DNA from: Candidatus Omnitrophota bacterium
Lineage (GTDB): Bacteria > Omnitrophota > Gorgyraeia > Duberdicusellales > 4484-171
Direction of reading: 5' to 3'
NCBI GenBank assembly: GCA_043823745.1
Contig: JBDRAN010000056.1
Location: forward strand, 5,144-69,143
Length of the DNA: 64,000 nt
A model generated the notes under the pieces. The model saw nothing but the letters and a program-made list of their open reading frames with translations, did not search any database and had not been told where the DNA came from. Shown one piece after another: positions 19,239 through 29,598 of this stretch (its first letter is position 1; every line of letters starts with the position of its first letter). The translations under genes were made by a program, and so were the position numbers.

Positions 19239-20305
19239 AGCCATATCAAGGGCTTATTGAGCGTTACCAGCGTTATCTTCCGGTTACCGCGAAAACTCCG
19301 CGTATTACGCTTCTTGAGGGAAACACTCCGCTTATTGTTGCTCCGTGTATTGCGGCGGCAGTCGCGCCGCACTGTAGGGTTTATCTTAAGTATGAAGGGC
19401 TTAATCCGACGGGATCATTTAAGGATCGCGGTATGACCGTGGCGATTTCGAAAGCAAGAGAAAAAGGTGCGCGCGCGGTGATCTGTGCTTCAACCGGCAA
19501 CACCTCAGCGTCTGCCGCCGCGTACGCCGCGCGGGCAGGTATGAAATGTATCGTGATTATTCCCGAAGGAGCCATAGCGATGGGTAAACTTGCTCAGGCG
19601 CTTGTGCATGGCGCAACCGTGGTTGCGGTTCGAGGCAACTTCGATGATGCGTTACGTATCGTGCGTGAGATCTCGAGCGCTTCTGAGGTTGAGCTGGTGA
19701 ATTCGATTAATCCGTATCGCATCGAAGGTCAAAAAACCGCTTCATTTGAAATATGCGATTATCTGGCGCACGCGCCACATTTTCATGTTTTACCTGTAGG
19801 CAACGCCGGTAATATCACCGCTTACTGGAAAGGGTATAAAGAATATTATTCACATAAAAAAATACAACGGCTTCCCGTGATGCTTGGTTTTCAGGCCCAA
19901 GGCGCCGCCCCTCTTGTGCGCGGGAAACCGGTCAAACATCCTAAAACCATTGCTACCGCAATCAAGATCGGAAATCCCGCGAGTTGGGTTGCTGCGGCAC
20001 GCGCCCGCGATGAGTCAGGCGGCGCTATCGGCATGGTCAGCGACGCGCAGATACTTGCCGCCTATATGTTTTTGGCAAAAAAGGAAGGCGTATTTGTCGA
20101 GCCAGCCTCAGCTGCGTCGGTTGCCGGGCTCTTTAAGCTCTCGCGCGAAGGATTTTTCAAAAAGCACAAACAGAAAGAAATTACTATTGTTTGCACGCTT
20201 ACCGGCCACGGCCTCAAAGACCCACAGATTGCTATACAAAGCATACAAGCCCCCGCCGTTGTTAAGCCTACGCTTGACGCAGTCCTTAGGGCTGCAGGCC
20301 TCTGA
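19235..20305 (+). CDS. thrC: Threonine synthase.
   Basis: PLP-lysine motif SFKDRGMT, 356 aa. Overlaps the hom stop by 4 nt. Confidence 0.9.
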   Translation: MKPYQGLIERYQRYLPVTAKTPRITLLEGNTPLIVAPCIAAAVAPHCRVYLKYEGLNPTGSFKDRGMTVAISKAREKGARAVICASTGNTSASAAAYAARAGMKCIVIIPEGAIAMGKLAQALVHGATVVAVRGNFDDALRIVREISSASEVELVNSINPYRIEGQKTASFEICDYLAHAPHFHVLPVGNAGNITAYWKGYKEYYSHKKIQRLPVMLGFQAQGAAPLVRGKPVKHPKTIATAIKIGNPASWVAAARARDESGGAIGMVSDAQILAAYMFLAKKEGVFVEPASAASVAGLFKLSREGFFKKHKQKEITIVCTLTGHGLKDPQIAIQSIQAPAVVKPTLDAVLRAAGL

Positions 20306-20332
20306 TATGCACACAATGGTTTAAATAATTTT

Positions 20333-21967
20333 TTGAACTCATTACCAATTACGAACAACAAACTACTTTTTTTCATGAAAGGTTTCTACCAAAAATTTTC
20401 CGATATTCTAAGCCAGCTGGTTAAAGAACACTATGACATTATTCTTGAACCTCCACTCTGGGAGGTTCCGCAACGTCATGATTTTGGCGATCTTTCTTCT
20501 ATGGTTGCGCTGAAGCTTGCCTCAAGGCTTAAAAAAGATTCGATTGAGATCGCGACAACACTTAAGGTAGCCTTTGAGAAGGCAATTGGCTCTGACGCGA
20601 AGTCGATAGAGATTTTAAAGCCCGGCTTTATCAACGTTTTTATTTCCCATGAAGCGCTCATTAGTTCCCTGAATGAACTCCTTACCCAGCGCGATCGATT
20701 TTTTCGTAAAGATATCAGCCGTCGTGTGCTTCTGGAATTTGCAAGTGCAAATCCTACGGGGCCCCTATCCATCGCGCATGGCCGCCAGGCCGTCGTGGGG
20801 GATGTCATCGGTAATATCCTTAGCTTTTACGGAAACAACGTTGAGAAGGAATATTATGTTAACGATGAAGGAAAGCAAATTGTTCTTTTTGCCGCCTCCA
20901 TGGAGGAGCGTATTAAAGAAGCGCGTGGCGAACCGTTTCGGATTCCCGAAGACGGATATGTGGGCGAATACTTAAAAGATGTGGCAGCCGCGTATCTAGC
21001 GGAAGGCAAGGGAATGGGTATCCTTCAGTTTAGCCTTGCGTACATTCTTTCCTGGATACGTCAAGACTTAGATGCTCTGGGGATACATTTCGATAATTGG
21101 AAGAGTCAGAAAAAGCTCATTGATGATAAAAGAGTAGAAAGCGCGATCAATGAGCTTCGAGAAAAGGATTTGATTTATGAGCAGGAAGGTGTGTTGTGGT
21201 TTGCTTCAACAAAGTTCGGCGACGATAAAGACCGGGTTATTAAAAAAAGCGACGGCGAGTTGACGTATTTTGCTTCGGATATCGCCTATCACAGGGATAA
21301 ACTTGCGCGGCACTTCGACGCGCTTATTAATTTATGGGGACCGGATCATCATGGTTATATCGGGCGCGTCGAGGCAGCACTGCAAGCATTAGGATACCCG
21401 AAGGAGAAACTGGCAGTTATTATTATTCAGTTAGTCACCTTGACGACGAAAGAAAAAATGTCGAAACGCAGGGGTACCGCGATCCTGCTTTCTGACCTTG
21501 TGAGCGAGGTGGGTAAAGATGCCGCACGTTTCTATTATCTGCTGCGTCGCAACTCGTCACCGCTTGAATTTGACGTTGAGCTTGCTCAGGAAGCAACTTC
21601 CAACAACCCGTTGTATTACGTGCAATATGCCTGCGCGCGCATTGAGAGTATTTTTAAGAAAACCGACATCGCTGTTTCGGTTGAAAAGAGCGTGTTTCTT
21701 AAGGAAGATTCAGAGATTATCTATCTGCGCAGCATCTTACAGTTTTCCAATTGTCTTGATAAGGCGTATTACACCAGTGAGCCCGTTTTTATCGTTGAGT
21801 TCCTTAAATCTCTTGCCGGAGATTTTCATAAGTTTTACGAAAATACGCGGGTGCTTGGGGATGACCGCGAGGTTACCGCTGCCCGCTTGAATTTACTCGA
21901 AGCGACGCGTGTAATTTTGCATTGTGGTCTTGGTATCTTAGGTATTACGCCCGCCAAAGAGATGTAG
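20333..21967 (+). CDS. argS: Arginine--tRNA ligase.
   Basis: HIGH-like region SANPTGPLSIAHGR and a DALR anticodon-binding C-terminus. An alternative ATG lies at 20375. Confidence 0.9.
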   Translation: MNSLPITNNKLLFFMKGFYQKFSDILSQLVKEHYDIILEPPLWEVPQRHDFGDLSSMVALKLASRLKKDSIEIATTLKVAFEKAIGSDAKSIEILKPGFINVFISHEALISSLNELLTQRDRFFRKDISRRVLLEFASANPTGPLSIAHGRQAVVGDVIGNILSFYGNNVEKEYYVNDEGKQIVLFAASMEERIKEARGEPFRIPEDGYVGEYLKDVAAAYLAEGKGMGILQFSLAYILSWIRQDLDALGIHFDNWKSQKKLIDDKRVESAINELREKDLIYEQEGVLWFASTKFGDDKDRVIKKSDGELTYFASDIAYHRDKLARHFDALINLWGPDHHGYIGRVEAALQALGYPKEKLAVIIIQLVTLTTKEKMSKRRGTAILLSDLVSEVGKDAARFYYLLRRNSSPLEFDVELAQEATSNNPLYYVQYACARIESIFKKTDIAVSVEKSVFLKEDSEIIYLRSILQFSNCLDKAYYTSEPVFIVEFLKSLAGDFHKFYENTRVLGDDREVTAARLNLLEATRVILHCGLGILGITPAKEM

Positions 21968-23647
21968 ATGAAGCGAAAAAACTGGAATATTAGAGAATTA
22001 ACCCCTGCCGCCGCCGAGTATGCCCAGGCATGGGGGATTTCTTCCATCCTTGCCCAGATTTTTATTAATCGAAATGTTGATGCGTGTGATATCAAGAATT
22101 TCTTAAACCCCAGCCTTACTAATCTTCATGCTGCCGCGCTTTTGCCTGATATAGAAAAGGCGACAAGCCGTGTTCAGGAAGCGGTTCGCCGCCAAGAAAA
22201 AGTTCTTGTTTTCGGTGATTACGATGTCGATGGTCTTACATCGTTGGCTATCTTTTATGAATTCGCTAAGCTTAACCGTGATTTATTTTCATTTCATATC
22301 CCGCATCGCGTCAACGACGGGTATGGTCTCAACGAACCAGCGATCAAGAAGGCAAAAAAAAACGGCGTAAGCCTTATCATTGCGTTTGATTGTGGTACAG
22401 GAGCTGATCGCGAGATCGCCCGCGCCAAGGAGCTCGGGATCGATGTGATCGTTGTCGATCACCACCATCATAAAAGCGCCAATGGTGAGTCGGTTATGCC
22501 GTATGCATTGGTTAACCCCAAGCGCCCTGATTCAATCTATCCTTTCTCTGATTTAAGCAGTGGCGCGCTCTCGTTTAAGTTCTTGCAGGCTTTAACCGGC
22601 AAGCCCTGCGTCGAGGTGCTTGATTTGGTCGCACTTTCGCTTGTCTGCGATGTAGTGCCGCTTAAAGGAGAAAACAGAATTTTACTCAAAGAAGGCCTTC
22701 GCGCGCTGCGCGCGAGCACACGCCCTTCGATAAAAGCGCTTTGTCAGGTCAGTAGCGTACGACAGGGGAATATTGATACGTTTCATATCGGATTCGCACT
22801 CGGGCCCCGGCTGAACGCGTCAGGAAGGATCGCCTGCGCGCATGAAGCGCTTGATATCTTTTTAACGGATGATCACCAGGAGGCGCTGCGGATTGCCGAA
22901 AAACTTAAAGGCTACAACGTTAAGCGCCGGGATATCGAAGCCACCATTTTAAAAGAAGCCGATGCGATGGTGGAGCGGGAGTTCGCCAATGATTACGCGA
23001 TCGTGGTACATAACGATCATTGGCATCCGGGGGTGCTCGGTATTGTTGCCAGTCGCTTGACCGATAAATATTACCGGCCTTCTTTTGTAATTTCCTGCGA
23101 GGAGTCTGTCGGCCGCGGCTCGGGCCGTTCCATTCATAGCGTTCATCTTATGGAGATGCTTGCGCAGTGCTCGGAACTCCTGCAGGAGTATGGAGGTCAT
23201 CGTAAAGCCGCGGGCGTGCAACTTGCCAAAACAGACATTGAGCCGTTTCGTAAGCGTCTTAATACCCTGATTGCTGAGTCTGTGGCGCCTGAGGATCTTG
23301 TGCCGGTGCTTGCAATTGAGCTGCGCATTGATTTTTCCGATATTACGATGTCGCTGGTGGGGGAGTTAGAAGGCCTTGAGCCGTTTGGCGAGGATAATCC
23401 TAAACCGCTTTTTGCCAGTTTTGATGTGGCAAAGAAAACCGCTCCTAAAAAAACGGGGATAGGTTATTCGGTTTGGTTCACTCAAGGGGGGATTACCTAT
23501 GAAGGAATTGTGTACGATAAGAATATTTTAGAGATTATCGAGTTTTCTGATATGCTTGATATCGCGTATAGCTTGGAGCGTAACAGCTTCCACAATACCC
23601 CGAAGTTAGTTATCAGAGACGCGCGGTTTGCTTGTAGCGAAAGTTAG
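21968..23647 (+). CDS. recJ: Single-stranded-DNA-specific exonuclease RecJ.
   Basis: DHH motifs (FGDYDVDGLTS, VVDHHH) and a DHHA1 domain. Confidence 0.9.
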   Translation: MKRKNWNIRELTPAAAEYAQAWGISSILAQIFINRNVDACDIKNFLNPSLTNLHAAALLPDIEKATSRVQEAVRRQEKVLVFGDYDVDGLTSLAIFYEFAKLNRDLFSFHIPHRVNDGYGLNEPAIKKAKKNGVSLIIAFDCGTGADREIARAKELGIDVIVVDHHHHKSANGESVMPYALVNPKRPDSIYPFSDLSSGALSFKFLQALTGKPCVEVLDLVALSLVCDVVPLKGENRILLKEGLRALRASTRPSIKALCQVSSVRQGNIDTFHIGFALGPRLNASGRIACAHEALDIFLTDDHQEALRIAEKLKGYNVKRRDIEATILKEADAMVEREFANDYAIVVHNDHWHPGVLGIVASRLTDKYYRPSFVISCEESVGRGSGRSIHSVHLMEMLAQCSELLQEYGGHRKAAGVQLAKTDIEPFRKRLNTLIAESVAPEDLVPVLAIELRIDFSDITMSLVGELEGLEPFGEDNPKPLFASFDVAKKTAPKKTGIGYSVWFTQGGITYEGIVYDKNILEIIEFSDMLDIAYSLERNSFHNTPKLVIRDARFACSES

Positions 23648-23860
23648 TTTACCGGCCTTGATGCATTTGGTGCATACGAGAATCTTCTGAATCTTTCCAT
23701 TAACCAGAATCCTTCTTTTCTGTAAGTTCGGCGAAAATGTTCGTCTGGTTTTTCCGGTAATTTTCTTACCGACGCCGCCTTCCCGTTTTGCTTTACCTCG
23801 CCTGGCGATGGTGTTTCCAACAATCGAACCTTTGTGGCATATTGTGCATTTTCTACTCAT
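23606..23860 (-). CDS. rpmB: 50S ribosomal protein L28.
   Basis: MSRKCTICHKG...ILVCTKCIKAGK, with AGGAGG SD upstream on the minus strand. The 3' end overlaps recJ by 42 nt, convergently. Confidence 0.85.
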   Translation of the reverse strand: MSRKCTICHKGSIVGNTIARRGKAKREGGVGKKITGKTRRTFSPNLQKRRILVNGKIQKILVCTKCIKAGKLTFATSKPRVSDN

Positions 23861-23930
23861 GGGGTAAGCCTCCTAACGAAACGTACGTTTTTTTGCGCTT
23901 CCCGCGTGAAAAAACGTCTAGTTGAGTTAT

Positions 23931-24004
23931 CCCGTTTTTGCACCTGATAGGTTTCCCTCGCAATTTCGAGAAATTGCGAAAAAATCAATGGAGGCAAAAA
24001 CGGG
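23931..24004 (+). ncRNA. Copy B of the conserved hairpin element (outer stem CCCGTTTTTGC/GCAAAAACGGG).
   Basis: About 95% identical to copy A. Lies between rpmB (divergent) and a 720-nt non-coding stretch. Confidence 0.5.
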
Positions 24005-24687
24005 ACGGACTTCCGAAGCTGATTATTAACTTTCGTTTTTCGGAAGCTCTAAAATTACTATAATTATACCTAGCGAGCCCCATTCCTATGGGGCGAAGCA
24101 TCCCGACGAATACCTTAAAAATATGGAACAGATTTTTAAGAGTGTGTATGAGTCGGGATGTTAACAATATTCTAAACTATTGGGCGTTTGAAACTTATTG
24201 TTAGTGTTTCCTTTTCTGAAGTCCTAAAATTACTATAACTATACCTATAAAGCGATTATTGTCAAGTAAAATCTACCATTTTAGCGATTTTAGCGATTCA
24301 GGGGTTGATGGTGTCTCCTGAGACGGTAAAAATATACCTCACGCACGATTATTAAATAAATTACACCATCGCTAAAAAACTAATAAAATCAAGGCTGGAA
24401 ACGATTTCAAAGAACGCCGCCGGCCGTCTTGAAAAGGCGCGGGCAAGATGGTATCTTTAAGCTTGGATACAAAAGGTTCTTTCAAAAAACGTAATCCTAA
24501 TACCGATAAGAGCAAACTCCGCGAAAGCGGAGGGCGGTGCGCGTGTCGTCTGATGCGGCGCGTACCCACGAACCTGTATTTACCCTAAACCACAGGTGTG
24601 GTTTAGGGGCATGGTTTGTGGCAAAGCTACAAGAGCCTAATGCCCGCAAGGGCTACGGTAGTCAGCTGCCGAAGAGTGGATTTATTA

Positions 24688-24724
24688 AGAACCCATAGCG
24701 GCGAGCTATGGGTTCTTTATTTAT
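24688..24724 (+). terminator. Rho-independent terminator-like hairpin (AGAACCCATAGC-ggcg-AGCTATGGGTTCT followed by a T-rich tract).
   Basis: 12-bp stem followed by TTTATTT. It closes the 24005-24725 non-coding region. Confidence 0.5.
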
Positions 24725-24768
24725 AGAAGGTGTATGATGGGTGTGTACATAAAAAGGGGAGGTGTGTC

Positions 24769-25095
24769 ATGGTGAGAAAATCCGTGGTTATCATAGCGGC
24801 TCTGGTAATGACTGTTATTAGTTTCTCTGCGTATGCGGCTGATCAGAATGCGGCGACGAAACTGAGCCGTGGCCTCGTCAATGGCCTTACCGGCATTGTC
24901 GAAGTTCCCAAGCAGATTTATCTTGTATCAAAAGAACGCGAGCCGATTACCGGTATTACCTATGGCTTAGCCAAGGGTATTTGTTATGGTGTGTTGCGTA
25001 CCGCAACCGGGGTTTATGATATCGTTTCATTTCCGATCCCCCCATATAATAAACCCGTTATGGACCCTGAATTTGTATTTGAACAATGGGAATAA
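24769..25095 (+). CDS. Hypothetical secreted protein (signal peptide ...SFSAYAADQ).
   Basis: AGGGGAGG SD, then an ATG at 24769; 108 aa. Confidence 0.5.
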   Translation: MVRKSVVIIAALVMTVISFSAYAADQNAATKLSRGLVNGLTGIVEVPKQIYLVSKEREPITGITYGLAKGICYGVLRTATGVYDIVSFPIPPYNKPVMDPEFVFEQWE

Positions 25096-25127
25096 TAGAT
25101 CTCTGAATGAGATTGTTACCTTTACAT

Positions 25128-25166
25128 AAAGGTGGGCTTTACCCGGCCCACCTTTCTTTTTTTAGT
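25128..25166 (+). terminator. Rho-independent terminator (AAAGGTGGGC-tttacccg-GCCCACCTTT plus a T-run).
   Basis: Perfect 10-bp stem followed by CTTTTTTT. Confidence 0.7.
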
Positions 25167-25383
25167 GAGGTAGCTTTTTTCCAAGCGACCGAAGGGAGTG
25201 CCGGAAAAATGCGTAACCGAACTAATCCCGCCGGAATCAGTGAAAATTTACAAAGAAAATTTTCACTGTATGCTGTGAAGGCGGGATAGAGGGATAATAC
25301 CGCTTAAGAGTAGCTTTGTGCGGGCGACCGAAGAGATGACCGGAATAATGCGTAATCGATCCGGTCGGATTATAAAGCAGTTT

Positions 25384-26448
25384 TTACCATGTACTATTCG
25401 CGGGATTAGCGCTTTCTGCTTTTTTGAGATACCTGGTCCCCTCTTCTCGGTTCCCCAGCGCTAAATACGCCGTTCCGATGTTGTGGTAAATGGTAGGATT
25501 GTTGTGGTCCAGTTCCAGGGCCTTCAGATAGGCATCGCGTGCGGCTTGGTAATTTTTGAGGTTACCATAAACGCTACCAAGATTAATGTAGGCTTTGCTA
25601 TGGCGTGGATCAAGCGCGATGGTTGTATTGAAGTGATCGAGAGCTGCCTGGAAATCTCCCTTCGTCGCGTACACGGTTCCTAAACGATAGTGCGCTTCAG
25701 CATAATCAGGGTCGATCCTCAAACAATCCTCAAATAAGTTCTTCGCTTTCTCAAAGTCATTCGCTTTAAAGTGTGTTGAGCCTTCCTCGAGTAGCTTTTT
25801 TGCCAGGCGCTTGGTGTCGGTGCGAGAGGTTTGCTCAAGGCTTATGAGCGCTTCATCGGCTTTAATAATATATGGTTGCTGGTTGTTTTGTTTAAAAATA
25901 TCGCGCGCGGCTTTGAAAGCCTGATACGCGTCATCATCCCGCCTGATTTCTTTAAGGCATAATCCGCTGTTATATCGAGCCTCGCCAAAATTGGAATTGG
26001 CGGCGAATGCTTTTTCATACCAATACAGTGCTGTTTCGTATTTCTTTTGTTTCTGTGCGCAGAGAGCCATATTATAAAAGAGAATATCTTTTTTGGGGTA
26101 CGTATCAGTGATCAGGCTGCGTGCTTTCGCAAGGAGCTTGCGCGCGCCGGCGAATCTTTTTTTCTGTATCGCGATTGTCGCCAGATTAAGATAGCCTTCC
26201 GGCATCTCGGGCATCAACCTGATCGCTTCCTTGAATTCTTCTTCTGCTTTCCCAAATTCAATATCTTCGACATACTTATTGCCTTTATGGATATGTCGCT
26301 GGTAGAGCATATAGCGATCGGCTTCATCAACGACTTCAGCTTCTTGAGCGGCTTCGCTCCAGGGATATATTTCGGCAAAACATCTCCCATGCGAAGCAAT
26401 CAGCGTTATCAACGCACAAAGTAAATAAATTTTAATTTTATTTTTCAT
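25384..26448 (-). CDS. TPR-repeat protein with a signal peptide.
   Basis: Multiple 34-aa repeats with the W-LG-Y / A-F-A-P pattern. Confidence 0.75.
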   Translation of the reverse strand: MKNKIKIYLLCALITLIASHGRCFAEIYPWSEAAQEAEVVDEADRYMLYQRHIHKGNKYVEDIEFGKAEEEFKEAIRLMPEMPEGYLNLATIAIQKKRFAGARKLLAKARSLITDTYPKKDILFYNMALCAQKQKKYETALYWYEKAFAANSNFGEARYNSGLCLKEIRRDDDAYQAFKAARDIFKQNNQQPYIIKADEALISLEQTSRTDTKRLAKKLLEEGSTHFKANDFEKAKNLFEDCLRIDPDYAEAHYRLGTVYATKGDFQAALDHFNTTIALDPRHSKAYINLGSVYGNLKNYQAARDAYLKALELDHNNPTIYHNIGTAYLALGNREEGTRYLKKAESANPANSTW

Positions 26449-26532
26449 ATCGTCTTTCGTCCCAGCGAAGCGGTCGTCCCTCGTCCGAACGAGTCTGGCG
26501 CTCCTTGCGCCGTGCGAGCGGACGTCCTATGT

Positions 26533-28467
26533 CTATAACTCTTGCCTCAACTGCTTCTCTGCGTCCACTACGTCGCGATTGACCCGGCGTAAACAATGTG
26601 TAATTTTCATTTTGAGCGGTTCACTGATGATCTGGGAGGTAAGCATTTCGCGCAACACCTGGATGCTCATACGGAAATTCCGCACGATTTCGCCCTCGTC
26701 AACCCCGCATAGTTTCTCAAGGCGTTCAAAGCCGGCGCCGTCAAACCACGCCCCGGCTGCTTCTGATAGATAGAAATAAAACTTTTTACTTAATGGGAAG
26801 ATACGCATCCTGCGTTCTTCGCGATGGATATCGCCGACAAACTTATTTAAATCCTTTTTAAATCTTTTAGTGGGCTTGGACAACTGTGGTTTTCCCTCGC
26901 CTTTGCGCGGTTCATATACCATGGCGACGATAATAATAAAGAGGGCGCGCGCGTCAAGGCTTTCCCAAAAGCCGTTTTCGAAAAGCTCACCCATCTGCAA
27001 TTCAAAACTATACACTTTTGAGGCAAGATCCGCTTTCCAGGTTATTGAGCCGTCGGCGATATAGCGCAAGCTTTCAAGAAGGGTCATTTTCCGGCCCAGA
27101 AGATGCACCGCTTCTTTTTTCTCCCACGCGGTTGCCTGGTGGAAGTGAAATGAGCGGGGATAAATATCATAAATCTTGTCTCCCATTAGTTTATAGAGAT
27201 TCAATATAGTGGCATAGCGGGAATTGAGCTGGCTGGTGATCGGTTCATACGCGCCGTACATCATATTTTGTAGCGCCGCGATATCGCAGACTTGAGCGCT
27301 TGCCTTGATGATAACGTAACCTTCGGTATCGATGCCGCGCCTGCCCGCGCGGCCGGCCATCTGGTAGAGGTCGCGTACTTTAAGGTAGGCATGTCCGCGG
27401 CCGTAGAATTTGCTGACCGTGTCAAAGACTACGGTCCTTGCCGGCATATTGATACCCAGCGCGAATGTCTCGGTGGTGAAGATAAGCTTGATGAGCCCGC
27501 TTGCAAAAAGTTGTTCGATAATTTCTTTCAGAGTTGGAAGCAGGCCCGCGTGGTGATAGGCAATACCGCGTTTAACCAGTGAAAAGAGGAAGTCGGCGTG
27601 CCCGCTTGAAAGATTAAATTTAGCGGCCAAATCTTCAAAGAGTGCGACGACGCGCGTTCTTTCTTCGCCGGTTAAAAGATCTTGATAGGAAATTTCCTGG
27701 GCCAGTTCTTCGCAGCGCCTGCGCGAAAAAGCAAAATAGAGGCAGGGGATAGCGCTTCGTTTCTTTATGTAGTCGATGAGGGTGCCCATACGGTTATATT
27801 TAATACGGCTATAGACATGATAAGGAAGTTTATGCCGTTCGTCTGTACGCAGGACGTTCCCTTTTTTTAATTCATTAAAGTTCGCGAAGATTTCATTATT
27901 GCACTGGAACATGAAATGAAGCGGCACCGGACGGTTCTTCTCAATAATTACTTTTAAGGGGAAGGCATGCACTTTTTCTAACCAATCGGTAAATTCATTG
28001 ATATTGGGAAGCGTAGCCGAGAGCGCCAGCATTTTCATGGTGGGGGGAAGTAAAATAATCGCTTCTTCCCAGACCGTGCCGCGTTCGATATCATCAAGAT
28101 AATGGATCTCATCGAAGATCACCCATTCGCGATGGGCAAATTCTTCGGGGTTGACCATGATTGCGTTACGAAAAATCTCGGTGGTCATAATTAAAATCGG
28201 TGCGTCGCGATTGATACTGACATCACCGGTGAGGATGCCGGTGCTTTGCGGATATTTGCGGCAGAAGTCGCGGTATTTCTGGTTTGAAAGCGCCTTGATC
28301 GGTGCGGTATAGATAATTCCTTTATTATGGTTGATGCAGTCTTCGATAATGCGTTCGGCAATCAGCGTTTTTCCCGCGCCGGTGGGAGCGCTTACAATGA
28401 CCGAATGTCCGGTCGCCGCGGCGTGAATTGCTTCTTCCTGGAATTTGTCGAGATGAAAATCAGGCAT
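26533..28467 (-). CDS. Ski2/HelY-like DExH-box superfamily-2 helicase.
   Basis: APTGAGKTLIAE (motif I), IFDEIHYLDD (DEIH), SATLPN, HHAGL and QMAGRAGRRG. Confidence 0.85.
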   Translation of the reverse strand: MPDFHLDKFQEEAIHAAATGHSVIVSAPTGAGKTLIAERIIEDCINHNKGIIYTAPIKALSNQKYRDFCRKYPQSTGILTGDVSINRDAPILIMTTEIFRNAIMVNPEEFAHREWVIFDEIHYLDDIERGTVWEEAIILLPPTMKMLALSATLPNINEFTDWLEKVHAFPLKVIIEKNRPVPLHFMFQCNNEIFANFNELKKGNVLRTDERHKLPYHVYSRIKYNRMGTLIDYIKKRSAIPCLYFAFSRRRCEELAQEISYQDLLTGEERTRVVALFEDLAAKFNLSSGHADFLFSLVKRGIAYHHAGLLPTLKEIIEQLFASGLIKLIFTTETFALGINMPARTVVFDTVSKFYGRGHAYLKVRDLYQMAGRAGRRGIDTEGYVIIKASAQVCDIAALQNMMYGAYEPITSQLNSRYATILNLYKLMGDKIYDIYPRSFHFHQATAWEKKEAVHLLGRKMTLLESLRYIADGSITWKADLASKVYSFELQMGELFENGFWESLDARALFIIIVAMVYEPRKGEGKPQLSKPTKRFKKDLNKFVGDIHREERRMRIFPLSKKFYFYLSEAAGAWFDGAGFERLEKLCGVDEGEIVRNFRMSIQVLREMLTSQIISEPLKMKITHCLRRVNRDVVDAEKQLRQEL

Positions 28468-28646
28468 GGTTTCGATCGCTTACATAGATTTGGGAGTTGG
28501 CGCAATCAAAAATATTATACCAGAAATTGGTTGTCAGGCGGGCAAAACTTTTATTGTTAGGCCATTATTTGTATTGCATTTTTGCAAGAGGGGCAGAAAG
28601 CCGTGGTTGACAAAGAAAATGGGCGATGTTATTATCTTTTTACTTT

Positions 28647-28729
28647 GCCGGGGTGTTGGAATGGCAGACAATCCGGTCTCAAAAACCGGTAGGGGCAACC
28701 CTGTGCGGGTTCAAGTCCCGCCCCCGGCA
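28647..28729 (+). tRNA. tRNA-Leu (anticodon CAA), type II with a long variable arm.
   Basis: Acceptor GCCGGGG/CCCCGGC, anticodon arm CCGGT-CTCAAAA-ACCGG, T-arm GCGGG-TTCAAGT-CCCGC. Confidence 0.85.
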
Positions 28730-29118
28730 TTTTTATCGCTTTCAAACACGTCAGAGTCCCGAACAATCAGAGGTTTTTGTCCATCAACTGCCTAAGGATG
28801 CGTAATTGACAATGTAACTTTAAAATGATATAGTTTTCTGTCTTTTTTGGCGCTTTTGGTCTTTGGTTATTGATGTTTTGTTATTGGGGAATACCGTGCT
28901 AACCGGAAAAATGCAATTGAAAAGCCGAAAACTTTATGAATCAAAATAGTGTTCATAGTTATGCTAAACGCATATTGGATTAAAAGAGACAACATTTTTC
29001 CGGCATACCCCGCCGTTTCCCGAAATTTCCCGTTGAAATTTCGGCGGCGGCCCGTGCGCAGCCTACCCGCTAGGGTATTCGGGCAAAAAATGCCTGTCCC
29101 GTTTCCTCTATTTAAGTA

Positions 29119-29146
29119 TTAAGGTTCGGGACGTCCCGCACCTTAA
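29119..29146. promoter_or_regulatory. 28-bp near-perfect palindrome TTAAGGTTCGGGACGTCCCGCACCTTAA, nested in an outer inverted repeat (GTCCCGTT...AACGGGAC), about 60 nt upstream of tRNA-Ala.
   Basis: Direct reading. The GGGACG core recurs in the 45126-45240 repeats. Confidence 0.4.
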
Positions 29147-29204
29147 TATATTATTCTAGAGTAACGGGACTGAGAAGCGTGCATTTTTTGGGTTAAGCGG
29201 TGTT

Positions 29205-29277
29205 GGGGCCGTAGTACAGTTGGGAGTACGCTTGACTGGCAGTCAAGAGGTCGGGGGTTCAAATCCCCCCGGCTCCA
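29205..29277 (+). tRNA. tRNA-Ala (anticodon GGC) with a G3:U70 identity pair.
   Basis: Acceptor GGGGCCG/CGGCTCC, anticodon arm CTTGA-CTGGCAG-TCAAG, T-arm GGGGG-TTCAAAT-CCCCC. Confidence 0.85.
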
Positions 29278-29598
29278 TTTAATCGATAGGCAGAAATCCT
29301 CGGAGTTTCAATCCGAGGATGAAAGCGTGACGATTACCTCGAGAAATTCCGTAGGAATTTCCGAGACTAAGTCCCTGAAATTGCTGGCAATTTCTAGGGG
29401 TCCCGCGAGGTCGGCAAAATTATCCTGCTCGCAAAGCGAGCGTGAGAATTTTGCCGTATATGGCCGAGTAGGGATTATACAGAGACTCTGGGCTAAAACC
29501 CGGAGAAGTCCATTGAGCTATCAGCTCGCAGTCTTCAGCCATCAGCTTTTAAGCTGTAAGCTGACAGCTGACGACTGACAGCTGAAAGCTTAACTATC

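Noticed and set aside
29327-29578. 83-aa ORF downstream of tRNA-Ala.
   Set aside because: It overlaps the AGCTGA-type palindromic repeat, lacks an RBS and has biased composition. It is likely non-coding.
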